This document shows, piece by piece, positions 1-13,123 of a DNA stretch of 64,000 nucleotides. Where the stretch lies: the NCBI RefSeq assembly GCF_040938485.1, contig NW_027272988.1:1-64000 (forward strand). Reading direction: 5' to 3'. Source of the DNA: Diadema antillarum (lineage: Eukaryota). Under the pieces are notes generated by a model. The model searched no databases. It saw only the letters and a list, made by a program, of their open reading frames with translations, and had not been told where the DNA came from. A program made the translations under genes and the position numbers. Position 1 is the stretch's first letter, and every line of letters begins with the position of its first letter.

Positions 1-732
1 CGCCCCCCCCCCCCCCCCCTGCAGATCTCGCCTATGGAAACGCGTGATCGCGCCGAAAATCGGCACACGCAACGCCCGCGACGTATACTATCAAAATGTA
101 TGGTTGCTTTCTCCGAAAAATTTTTCTTATATTTTATATCAATTAATTATTGTAATTTATGCATAAAATCAGTTTTGGGCTCTAAATCACTTATTAATGC
201 TCTAATTAAGCTAATTTCTTTTTAAAAATATTTCTTGTATCATTCTCCTGAGACATAGGATAAAAAGAAATCTGTATCGAAATTAATTTCTTATGGATTT
301 GATTGTTTTTTTGAATTTCTTATGTATTTCTTTGTTTTTCGACCTTTTGTTTTTGTTTGTTTTTTGGCCAAAATTTGTCACAGACATTTTTCGAAGCTTT
401 ATTATGCTAAAATGAATTAATTTCGTCCATTCTAAGTCAAGATATGAATTTTTATGTGAATTAATTGAAAAAACACAATTTTCATTGGATTTGTACACAA
501 AATCACGTTTTGGAGCAATTTTGGGGTTGACAAATTTTTTTCGAACGGGCGTCGCATCAAAACGGTACGCGCGGGTGCAACAATTTTGGTCTCAAAAGTT
601 GCGCGATACTTGAAAGAAAAAAGTCATGAAACATTGCGGCGGGAGCTTATCGCGCTGCGAAGATATTGCGCGAAACGTCGAGGGGGGGGGGGGGCGGATT
701 CCGCCCCCCCCCCCCAGCCTGATTAGGGTTAA
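1..732. mobile_element. piggyBac-like non-autonomous element (family A), right part; left end outside the window
   Basis: Ends GATTAGGG|TTAA. Internal sequence is similar to 63150-63670, whose element starts TTAA|CCCTAATC. Confidence 0.7.
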
Positions 733-1525
733 GGATCGAAAGTGGGAAACACCTAGTAGTATGCGTGGAACACATCATTAAGTCCACTAAATGTCCAAGG
801 TCCTTTCTCAGACTTGGCAGTTTCAGTTATGAAATAATGATATTTTACTTTCATCATAGACAAGAACGTGATAGGCTACATTTAGGGTGGCATCACACCG
901 TCCAGAAATTGGCATAAAAATGGTCATACGAATGTGGAATTTTCAGTTTCGTGCGAAGTTGGCCCCGAAGTTGATCAAAAGCCAATGAACAGCCGAAGCA
1001 AGCACGATAGCTACAGAAGGTCGTACAATGGCACTCGACCATACCCGAGGAGTAAGCGAAGATCTGAATCTGTATACAGTTTACCCGAAGGACACGCGAG
1101 GGATCAACAATGGCAACGTGATGATTTTGCCCTCGCACACAAAGTTGATGCTGGAGGACCCACAAAAACAAAATCAAAAACAAAAACAACAATACAAACA
1201 AAAACACGCTAAATTGAAAAGAACATTTTGTTCCCTATGTAAAAGGGAGAATACATTGGTACAGACACTCATACTGGATGTGGCAACAGAATCAAACGGA
1301 TGATTAAGGACGCAACTCTTCTGTGGTCGTGCTTTGCTTTATCTAAAATGAGATTGCAGAATTATAGTGAAGGCCGGTGTCGTCATTTTATCAAAAATTA
1401 ATATCGACGAATTCAAAGATGGGAATAGACGCTCGTCTGTAAATATTGTCCGCCTACTCACTGCACGTCGACGTAAATACGCGCAATACAATTTGATACC
1501 ATTTTTCCCTAAATCGCAAAAGCTA

Positions 1526-2060
1526 CACTGTAAAAACATCGGTGTTAGATTTAACACCATGGGTGTTAAATCTAACACCGATCAAACTTCAATAGAGGAC
1601 CACACCCACAGGTGTAGAAAATGCACTGTGATGGTGTTGAAAAGTGTTCACCTGACACTTCGTGGTGTTAATTTGACACTGTACCTGGTGTTATTTTGAC
1701 ACTGTACTGGTGTTAATTAAAAAATGACATCACATCGTGTTGATTTGATATTTGTTGGTGTTAATATCAATGGTTTAACACCCGTCCAGCTTCAATAAGA
1801 GACCACACCAGCTGGTGTTACTGTGGTGTAAATTTATTTTCACAGTTTTTCAAAAATGTAGTATTTTAATGTAAAATTCTTGATCGTCTTGTTTGAATTA
1901 AAAATCAACAAGAAGTGCACTTACTAAGAAACTCTTCAAAAAACAGTTTTATATTTGGAAATGACACCCGGAGGTGTTAATTTAACACCATAAATGAGCA
2001 CCGAAAATTTAACACCAGCTCGGCCGGTGTTCACTATCTAACACCGGACTTTTTGCAGTG
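1526..2060. mobile_element. MITE with CACTG...CAGTG termini, TA flanks and many internal AACACC/GGTGTT motifs
   Basis: ta|cactgtaaaaacatcggtgttaga ... tctaacaccggactttttgcagtg|ta. Confidence 0.75.
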
Positions 2061-2111
2061 TACAAAGACTTTAAAGACTCTTTCAAAGGTATGTCTGATT
2101 ACAAACACATA

Positions 2112-2670
2112 AGGGCTTTTTACACTTGTGTTTCTTAACCCCGGACTTTCTCTGACCCAGGACTATCGTTAGTCCCGTACCAATTTTTTCAGCTTTTTAC
2201 ACTCGCCAATTAGTCCCGTACTATCTCTTGTCCGGGGCTAAGGAGAAAACTTACCTTTTTACACTCGTATTTCTTAGCCCCGGACTTTCCAAACCACATG
2301 AATATTCATAATTACGATGTGTACTGTACACGTACACGCACGCATCGGCAGCACTTGATTACCTCGTTTCTGATTGGTCAGTGAGGGTCGGACTTCGTCT
2401 CCGTCGCTTAGCCCAGGATTATTTTTTCGTTCTGTTTACACTCACTTGCTTGGCACCGCAATTGCGGTGCTAACCCCTGCTATTTTGCAGGGCCAGATAG
2501 TACTGTACTATCGGTGGGGCTAGCCCACTTTGGCAAAAACGAGTGTAAACAGAAAGTGGGCTAAGGATAGTCCCGTACCAACGGTGGGGCTAAGGCCCCC
2601 CCCCCCCCCCCCCCCCTTAGCCCCACCGTTGGTCCGGGGCTAAGCAAAATTTACAAGTGTAAAAAGCCCT
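2112..2670. mobile_element. Harbinger-like MITE
   Basis: TIR agggctttttacacttgt / acaagtgtaaaaagccct; internal repeats of ttagccccgga and agtcccgtac. Confidence 0.75.
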
Positions 2671-3059
2671 TTAGTTGTGCAGGGAAATGCGTTCCTTTCA
2701 TGCGCGTTGGTGCGAGAAAAAAAAAATTTGGCTCCATGCGAGTTACGTATACCATGACCTTTGAAAAGTTTAATATCTGCGAAGACAAACTGCTATAGTT
2801 GGCTGCCTCTAGATCTCCATTCGTCTGTGTATGCACACGTTTGCTGAGTACTTCGTGTTGTGTTTACAATAACCTTTCTCTTGGGTGCGGTAACGTCATT
2901 CTGCTTGTGCATTGGCGAATTGCGATCCACGCTAGGACGGCGTGCGTCAGTGCTTGCGCGTGCAAAATGTACCTGCGTAAAATGTACACTCGCAGAGCTT
3001 AAAAGAGTTGATTACAGGTAGTAATAAAATCGATGATAATACGTTCTTAAAACCAAGAA

Positions 3060-3275
3060 AAGCCTCCCGAGTGTAAACATTCTTCTCCTAATATTGCCCT
3101 GTCACAATTTCCCGCGAGTCGCCAATTAACCATCCATTCATACACGTAGGTCGACGGGGACGTAGTGAGGGTGAAGCATCTTGTCAGACGACCAAAGGCC
3201 ATAAAGTAGGCCTACCAGACAGGATTCGAACTCCGAAACTCTACGTTAGGTGTTCACAGTCGTATCTACAGAACC
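3060..3275 (-). mobile_element. tRNA-derived SINE with conserved-core-like body
   Basis: B-box-like gagttcgaatcc on - strand followed by gacaagatgcttcaccctcac...gtgtatgaatgg, resembling metazoan SINE central domains. Confidence 0.5.
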
Positions 3276-4001
3276 ATGGCGGCACCCTTTTAAAATGGGT
3301 CACCTTTCTCACCCTGTATGATTTGGAGTCATTCATTCACCTTTTTTTTTTCTTTTTTTTGTACAGGCGCCCCCTCTTTACGGGATTCCTGGATCCGCCC
3401 CTGCTATCTGTATGGTCGATGCAAAAGCCTTTCGTCATTCTCGTCCCCTGCAACGTGACAGTCATTTTGGAGACACTCAAACTTCACTCGCTCTCAAGGT
3501 CTTTGTACAGACAATGTCTCAAAACTTTCGTTATTACTATTGTTTCGCAAACGACACGTTCGCACAAATTAGCATAATCAAGTTTAAAGGCATAGTATAC
3601 CATGTGGATGATGCATCACAATAGAATAAGCCAGTTCGGAGCTAGCTCAAGGGCATATTGATACAAATGACCTTTCTTTTTCTTTTTCTCAGTCGGTTTG
3701 AGGCACTTCACTCGTTTTCAGAGCGACATTATCATGCATAAGCTTTACGTAACAATTTATGGGATTCATCAATCCTGTTCAAACAGAGAATGAACTTGCG
3801 TAGACCAGATGACCAGAATGATCCGTCAATTAACACTTAAAAAAGCAATCATTGTTTTGCATCGAATGTATTAACAATCTCTTTTTATTGATGTTGCCAG
3901 CTGCCACTATTGCTGTCAGGTGGATGTGCTGGCAAGCAGCATTTACATGTATTTTGTATTACAATAATAATCATTACAACACAGATGCGTATCACAGTGA
4001 A

Positions 4002-7000
4002 TTAAAAACCAACACGCCTGTATACGAATAACCATTTTCTGCTCATGCGCAAAGTGGAACTCCGGACTGGCTTATTCATTATCTCGGGTCGTGTGAGATA
4101 GTAATCGTCTCTCACATTCTCACCTGTACTATTGCTGTATACCTCCATGTCTTCACTGGCACACAGCTCACATACCCATTTACCTGTAGCAAAGAAAAAA
4201 AAAAGAAAAAAGAAAGAAGAAGAAGAAGAAGCAGTATAAGAGTTTAATTCCCAGAATACTGTTACACCCAAACATACACAGCCATATTGACATCTGACGA
4301 CAATAAGACTTAGTGAGAGTGAGAGTGAGAGAAGGATCAGGGGCAGATGGAGGGAGAGAGAGGGAGAAATAGAGATGGGGGGGGGGGGAGGGAGAAAGAA
4401 CAAAAATGAAACCTGACAGGAGAGCAGATGACAGACAGACAGATAGACAGACATTTATCCTGAACCACAGTTCTTGGGGTGAAGTACGTGTCAAGTTGAC
4501 AACGATAACACCGAAAAGGCATAAAAATCACGCGACATGTATATCTAGACCTAATGTACATGCGAGAAGTCTTAATTGACAGTTCTCTTGTGCACGTGCT
4601 GTATTGGAAACCGTATAAATTTACAACTTCTTAAACCGTGCTCTGTGCTCTCAATTCATGATATAATATGATTATAAGAGAACATGGTAAATGCTTGGCA
4701 AATCTGCTTTCGTCCCCGGGTTTTGTCTCACAGGGCGTTTGGCACTATCTTACAGCAGTAACGTGCATTATCATAATCACATCTAAATGCTCTCTTTTAT
4801 ACATTGGAGAACGCCAACGTGTTTGCAAAGTTAAGTACAAAAATCAACACGCCATTTTTTCCCCCACACATTCGGCAGTTGATGTGCACATGAAAGCACT
4901 CAAAACATTGAGCATTTGGATGTTCGAACTTGCAAGAAACGTCAGGATTTACTAGTATGTTTCGTTGCTGTTGCGATTACATGGTTGTTTCATCGTAAAT
5001 TTCGGGCAGCAGCGAAGTTTGTTTATCATTCATACCATGCTAATCATTGTTAGATTAACTAGAAAGCGATCGCCCACGAACTTGCATCTGGTCCTTACGT
5101 CGTGAAGAGCTGCTGTGTGGACTGTGAGTGTGTCCCACTCACGTTTAGCACTAATGATTAACGATAGAAATCCATCTTTTCAGGGGCTTACAGTAAGTCA
5201 TGTGGTGAGGGCCTTGGAGAATGTATTATACATTGATAATGGCATACAATGTGAGAGATTATATTTGGCAGAACACCTCCTCGGCAAACACACATACTTT
5301 TTTTGTGTTCCCCATAATACAGGTGGCTGAAATGTAATTTGTATTATTTTTAATCCTATAAAAAATAGGTTTTTCAGTCGTATTACAACATGGAACATGT
5401 CATTAAAATAATGCAACAATCTACTGCATCTCATCTAATTCGTTTGGAAAATTAAGTTTTTCCTCAGAAAATCCAATTTTACAAAAATCACTGTTATTGT
5501 TCTCTTTTTACTCGTACTTTGTATTAAAACAAAAACAAAAACAAACAAAGTTGCAGAAAGAACTTGAAATTGAAAATGAAATTTATTTTTTTTTTCGCAG
5601 TGCCACTCACCGAAGAAATATGAAACCACAAAACAAATAAATATGAAATAAAATAAACGGCAAAACGGCAGCGGGATTTCCCCGTTGGCGCAACAGATAC
5701 ACAATCATTGCCACACACGCAATCAAGAATGTAAAAGTAGACACAACAACTGCATGCATCCTCATTGACTTCGTGCTTGGGCTTCCTTACCGCTGGGTTT
5801 CTCTTCGACGGTGGGATTGTGGCATGCCATGTGGTAGCCCTTGTCACACGAGTCGCAGAATAAAAGCGTGTCCTGAAGAAGAATTTGAATATCGATGATT
5901 ATCAAGACTGAAGTCGTAGAAAGTATACATCTACATAAGATTTAGAATTTGTACGTTAGATAGATAGTGTTAAACGACATGTCAATGTCTGTTTGTTGGG
6001 GGGGGGGGGGGGGTTTCTCGCCGTTTATATTTCATATGAATCGCGCATTTCTGCTTTGAATAAACAGTGATATCTCACTTGGTACATAACAAGAAATGTT
6101 TTTGAAGTTATGATGAAAAATCACATATTTTCTTATCACTTTCTTTGTCTTTTAGCCATTTTAATCGCAAACATCTCAAATTAACAAGAATGGAAATAAC
6201 TCATAATAAATAGTAAATTTGAATTTTTGAAGACTTGCGTGAATATCATTGGCACACTAAATGCGAAGCTGCCTCACATCATCTACTTTCTGCTATTGTA
6301 ATCAGGTGGTAACGACCAAGATTCTTATTTCATTAAACACCTGAAAATCAAAAATATACATATTATGTATAGTAATACAGCCTAGCCAGGATAATTGATT
6401 CGATTGTGTGTACGTGTGCGTTTTTTAATGAAAATTGAAGGAAACTGACTGCAACTATAGGTCGTACTATCCGTTTATATCTTTAATGTCAGTGTAGAAA
6501 AAAAGACTAAATAATATTTATAATCATGTTAATGTCTGCCTAGATGTAGAGTACATTGTATATATGCTTGCAATTATATCATGTCTATAGCAAAATTGAT
6601 ATTCACTCTTTTTTTTTTTCGACAAAGCACAAAATACATTTCACATGCACTAATTGGTGACAGAGATATTGACAGGGTAACAGAGAACAAACCATTAATC
6701 TCTGATATCTTATCAAGTCTGCGCAGTAACAGAATATCTTAAGTGTTTGCATGTTTAACTACTATAATATACTTATGTATTACGGGACCAACTGGCGCTT
6801 CTCTTTAAACAAAAGCACTTTGGCGGCTGGATTAACGAATACACAACATTGACTCACCGCATCGCCGGCGTCTTCGCATACGTGACACGTCTTGCAATCG
6901 ATACACTGCCAGGGCGATAGCCGCGATCGCTCAGCAAGCTGCTTGGAGTATTTCATGCAAGATGGATGAACTGAAAGGGTGAGGAAACGAATCGAATGAC

Positions 7001-7615
7001 GTCACAAAGTGATGGATCAAATGACGTCTAAACAGTCACCTGGGATTTGGGGGCAATAAGCGTGCTGTTGAATATTCAACAGCAGCCTGAAGTTGCCTGC
7101 CGCCGTTTCAACTTGCGAAAGCTCCATGAATATATTTACAGGCCACCGTGACTGCAATATTTTTTCTCGTATGTGAAGTGAAGAAACAACGCTGAGAACA
7201 GTATTTTGTAAGAACGCGTAATACCAGCGAAAAAAAGGAAAGAGTAACAATTGAACAACCGAGGATATATTGCATCTTCTTTAATGAAATCAAGGAAAGC
7301 ACTTCACGGATTTACGTTCAGTTTTAACATCTTACGTAACTTGAAAAGGGCTGATCTGATACGATATGTGTGTGTCATTACCTTGTCATAGTCCATGAAT
7401 ATTTTCTCATGCACCATATAAGAACATTATGATAACGTTACACCGAGCCTCTTTGACGCTGTCATGTAGTTTTTGGAATACAACTACAATTTTTCTTCTG
7501 AGATGTGGAAGATAACACTGACCCTCGACAGAAAGGGGATTAATCTTACATAATGATTCAGGTTGACGATTTCATCATTTCATGAAAGACAACGAAAACC
7601 ATTTAACACAATGCA

Positions 7616-7655
<40 letters not shown>

Positions 7656-7708
7656 TGCATTGTGTTAAATGGTTTTCGTTGTCTTTCATGAAATGATGAA
7701 TTCGTCAA

Positions 7709-7746
<38 letters not shown>

Positions 7747-7799
7747 TGCATTGTGTTAAATGGTTTTCGTTGTCTTTCATGAAATGATGAATTCGTCAA

Positions 7800-7840
<41 letters not shown>

Positions 7841-10800
7841 TATATCTTATATATCCTATGAATGCATATATCGTATATGTGTAAATACAATGCTTGATGA
7901 CTGATGAAGCTATGTGAATTCACAGATATTCTTCACTTCGTTAATTGCCTTCGACACGGAGACACACAGACAGAACGACCTAATTTAATATAGACACACC
8001 TCACTAGCTTACGCTTTCCTCGAAATGTAGATGTAGATGTTATTAGGAAAATAAGGGAGACGTGCCTTTTTGAAAAGATAGGAAAAATAGTGGCTGATAT
8101 GAAGTGCAAAAAGTTTGCCATATAAACCTTGACCGTTTCCAGAACTGACGTTGACATTTCTTTCCTCCTACTACTATGTACTATGGGGGAAACTCGGTGA
8201 AAAAGCGAAAAAAGATAATAAGAAATAAACAAATACAAATGAATGAAATATTGAAATAATTGCGATAACAAGTAACAGTGCCCCTGTTTTCCTATTATGA
8301 CAATACGGCTTGTTCAAATTCCCTACTCTCGTATCGATGTTCCGTCTTTCCTTTTGTTTTCTGATAAAACATCGTATTGAAATAATGAACAAAATATTTC
8401 CATCAATGGACCTTTTTATCAGTGACGGATCGAGGGAGGGGGGGCGCTTCGGGCTCGCGCACCCCCTTTAATTTTGTTTTCCTTTAAAAAAGAATAAATA
8501 AACAGGAACAAAGGGGATGGTGCGTGCCCCCTTTAATATTTTGTTCCTTTATATACAATGTATATAAGTATGCATGAAATCGCAATACAATGTATATAAG
8601 TATGCATGAAATCGCACGATGACCAATATAAATATTGCTAAAAAAATAATAGAATCTCCCTACCGTGGGAAGGACACCTCCCTTGTCACCCGATTGTGTC
8701 AGAAAGTTGCCTCAGCTGATTAAACCCGGAAGTGGTACCAGAAACATAATTATACTTCCTTGCGCCCCCCCCCCCTTACGGAATTCCTGGATCCGCCCTA
8801 TTAGTTTTTCATTTGTCTGTTTGTTTTTGTAACTGAGATGTGCATATACAGACCTTTCAGAGTGCAATCTTTGCAGACAAGCAGTTCTTCCTTGTTGCCG
8901 AACTTATTACAGCTGGCGGGCAGGGTGCAGTAGTCGCATTTTTGGTCCCAAACGGATATTTTCACCACTGGTTCCTGCTCGAAATCGGGACCGTGCGTCT
9001 TCTTGATTCGCTGTAAGACATGAAAAAGAGGAAGAGAAACGTGTATAGAATTAACCATTATTCGTTCGACTTGTGAGAGAGAGAGTCACAACCTAACGCA
9101 CGTAAAAGATCCCACTCCATTCATTCATTCATTCATTCATCCCATCGAGCAGTGTGCATTATACCCCGTGAAGTGTTGCTGTAAACGTCGGTATTTTCGC
9201 GTGATTAATTTTTCGCGCTGAGCGGCTCAAAAACATTATTATTCGCGGGTTGTTGAATTCGCGCTGAGCAATAGTGAACTCATTCAAAATGAGTAGAGAA
9301 AATTGTGAATATATTCTCGGAGTTTTTAGATTTCGTACTAGCCAGTAGTAGCGCGAATTACACGAAAATTAATGTAACGCGAAAATTTCCAAGTTTACAG
9401 CAACAACTGGGCCCCATGGAAGACCAGCTAGTGCAGCTGGACACATTATGGGATATCCAGCCATCTTATAAGATGGAAAGTGAAAATAAAGAAACAAAAA
9501 CAAAAGCAAACTTGCTATATATAGGGCATGGTGTATGATTAAAGAGAATTAAATCGCACAATGAATCTCATGATAAGAGGAGGATGGGAGTAAAAAAAAA
9601 GGCAGCTGTAATGACATTCGTTGTATCTCTCAAAAAAAATGTGTCACGTCATCCATCACTTATTGGAATGACAGCAACCTTGGAATGCTGAAATACTACT
9701 ACATAATTTCTGTCAGAATTATCATCGCATGCGGTGGACTATGTTACGTTACCAAATAATTCAGTCTAGCTCTTTATTCTCCACATAATATTATTTTCAA
9801 AACTGCATAACTTGCGGCAAAAAGATGCAGAAACAAATGAACCAAAAGAAACAACAAGGAAACTTATTAGCACGGAGATAAAAAATGATTATCAGACATA
9901 TACTCCTACGAGTATTTTCATAGAAATTTGCGACCTACCTTCAGTATTCAGTTGATTTTGTTTTGAATTTGTGGGATCATTTTTTATTTTGCAAGAGTTG
10001 TTTCTTGAAATCCGTATAGCATATGGCTTTTAATGTCGAAAGGAAAATGCGGCAAAAATGCGAGCAAGCACGTGCACGTGACAGGAAGATGACACCTTTC
10101 CGCTTACATTATATTCATTTTGATTTCATTCGTTCTCATAAAGGAAAATGATGTAGCGGCGAGCTAGTGATTAAGACAGAATGGGGTGCGTGCAATCTCA
10201 TCTCATTGTGATGGAAGGAGAATTCATTCGGAATACCTTATATAGCGCCTCCTCTCCACCTTCCAAGAAATAAACGATTGCATCAATTAAAACGCACAAT
10301 ACAACGTTAACCCCACGCGCACACACGCATAATGATTAGGCCTACAGCAATTAAGCGAGCCATGTGCACCGTTACGCCCGGGCATGTGTATTATTGATAC
10401 ACAGCAGTCAGATTTTTTTTTTAAAGGACAAGTTCACCTTCATAAACATAAGGATTGAGAGAATGCAACAATATCAGTAGAACACATCAGTGAAAGTTTG
10501 AGGAAAATTGGACAATCGATGCAAAAGTTATGAATTTTTAAAATTTTTGTGTTGGAACCGCTGGATGAGGAGACTACTACAGCTTGTGAGTCATATGCGT
10601 ACAACAGTGTAAAGAAAATGTAAAAGAAAATTCAACATATTTTCACTTTTTTCGCATAATAAAAGAGCTCTTGACTTGCCTCTTTCTAAAGGCAGGGGGA
10701 ATAATATTACCCATAACATTTGTCGGTAACGAGTCAGGGGAATGTGTACTTTTTTCAAAAGATGGCATTTTGTGAAATTCTCTTTATATTTTCCTTATAT

Positions 10801-13088
10801 TGTTGTACGCATGTGACATCTGAGTTATTCATACACTGCAGTAGTCTTCTCATCCAGCGGTTACTGCACAAAAACTTCAAAAATTCATAACTTTTGAACG
10901 GATTGTCTGATTTTCCTCAAACCTTCAATGACGTGTTCTACTAATATTGCTACATTCTCTCAATCCTTATGTTTATGAAGGTGAACTTGTCCTTTAAAGT
11001 AGTTTTCTTCACTATGGAAAAGGAGTAAATACGGCCGTTTAATCTTATACGCGGAAATCCATCTTGCTTTATCCAAAATATCCCAATCCCCAATGCCCCA
11101 TGCCCAATTCTTCGCTATGCTCATAAACAATTCTGGGCAGATCATCCGACACTAACTTCACTGCCGAGTCACACGATTTGCAACGTTAATTCATAGCCAA
11201 GTCCAATGAAACTAAAGGTCTCCCTATACCCTTAGAATTTTAGTCCAGGATGAAACTTCCGGGAAAGAGTATATACAGCATAGCAACTACAGCAAGGAGT
11301 CACACCTGTACACGAATTTTCCAAATGCAAAATCTCCGAAATGTCTCTTCTAATTTAAAAACGAACACTCTCTGACACAAACTAATGAATTCATCAATGA
11401 CGGATAGATGGAAGAATGAATTTCTGTTATGGACCCCCTTCCCCCTCCTGAAGCCGTAAATAATACAACAAAAAGTATACGCATATGATGGGACAAACAA
11501 AGATCCCCGCTCGTTACTATTACATGTATCAGCAAATTTGGGAGAAATGACCCGAGATATATTTGGAAAAAAAGTAGGTGTATCAATGGCGTTATGTAAG
11601 GAGAAATGCGCAGTCATGAGAATCTGAGGTTTGAAAGGAAAGCTCTAATGAGCTTTAGAATAGCTATAGGGTATACGGAAAAGCCTGATGAGGATACGCT
11701 TGAGATTAAAGGTCAAGTTCACCTTCATGAAAAAAATTGTGGATTGAATGAATGCAGCAATATTAGTAGAACACATAAGTGAAAGTTTGAGAATTTCACA
11801 AAATGTCCTTCTTTTTTTAAATTCAAAGTATATAGGCCTACATATTTTCTCGCACTTGTCACTGACGTATGTTAAGAGTAATTTTTATTCACCCTGCCTT
11901 CTGAAAGAGGCAAGTCAAGTGTTCCTTTTATCATGCCAAAAAGTGAAAGTATGATGCATTTTCTTCATATTTATGATCTTCGCATGTGACATCTTAGTCT
12001 TCTCATCGAGCGATGGCGGCACTGAAAATTCGAAAACTCGTAACGGATTATCCGATTTTCCTCAAACTTTCGCTAATAATGTGCTCTACCGGTATTGCTG
12101 CATTCACTCAATCCACACATGTTTATATCAAGATAAACTAGTCCTTTAAGGCGAACACAAAGACCCAAATTCACGAAGGTGGTTTAAATTTAGACCGTGG
12201 ATTAAGTCTAAACCATGGACTAATATAAGCGTGAAATAGGCGTACCTTTGACGTGCGCGTATAAACGCGTCCGTTCTATATACATGTACTGGACGTCTGT
12301 TGGCGTACGAAATCTGTCAATCGTATAGCCCACGCAGAAAAATTTTGCATAATCCATGGTTTAAATTTAAACCACCTTCATGAATTCAGGTCCAAAGAGG
12401 TTAACCAGAAGAGTGGTTACACGTGATCTTCGGACGTGATCTTGCTCGCATTATGCCATCTTATTTATAGCGTCGTGACGAAACAAATTGGCGCCGCGTG
12501 TCCATAGAAACGATGCGCACTCCACGAATAAGAAATGAAGAGACACGCGACGAGGACACTGTTTTGCACTTGGATCAATTTATTGACAGACAAACCATCA
12601 TGACAAAACAAACAAAACCGACAAAAAAGTCAAAGGGACAAAAAAAACAAAAAACCCAACAACATTCTGACGCATTTATCTTTTTTACAATCTGAATGTA
12701 GAAATGTTTCCTTCGATCTCTCTCTCCCTCCTTCACTAAATTCTCTTCTTACGTTTTGTCTCTCTACACACAAAAAAAGAATAACCAAAACATTTTTCTT
12801 ACCTGCATAGTCACCCTATATAAATTATCATCATACCTTGTTTTCAAGGAAACTCCATCGGTATTTACATGATGAAACAATTATTCCTCTGGAGCGTATA
12901 ACCATGTGGCCCAATCCTTATGCTTAGAAGGATATTATGAATGAATAACAATATAGGCTTCACCGGAACAAGAAATTGCTCCGAGTTGCTGTGAGAAACA
13001 TCATAAACTCTATACTTCACGATGCATCGCACGGAACACGTTCGAAAATAGTCCGTAATATACAGGCAAATGTGATTTAACCGTTTCA

Positions 13089-13123
<35 letters not shown>

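Noticed and set aside
893-1303. Overlapping 90-100-aa ORFs on both strands
   Set aside because: No recognisable domain, no SAM similarity, and they run into low-complexity (caaaaa)n.
2793-2824. Possible terminal exon 6 of the - paralog (cag|ACGAATGGAGAT..., DEWRSRGSQL*), sharing ATGGAGAT with the start of + exon 6
   Set aside because: Only 8 nt of similarity and nothing alignable after it; chance is sufficient without transcript data.
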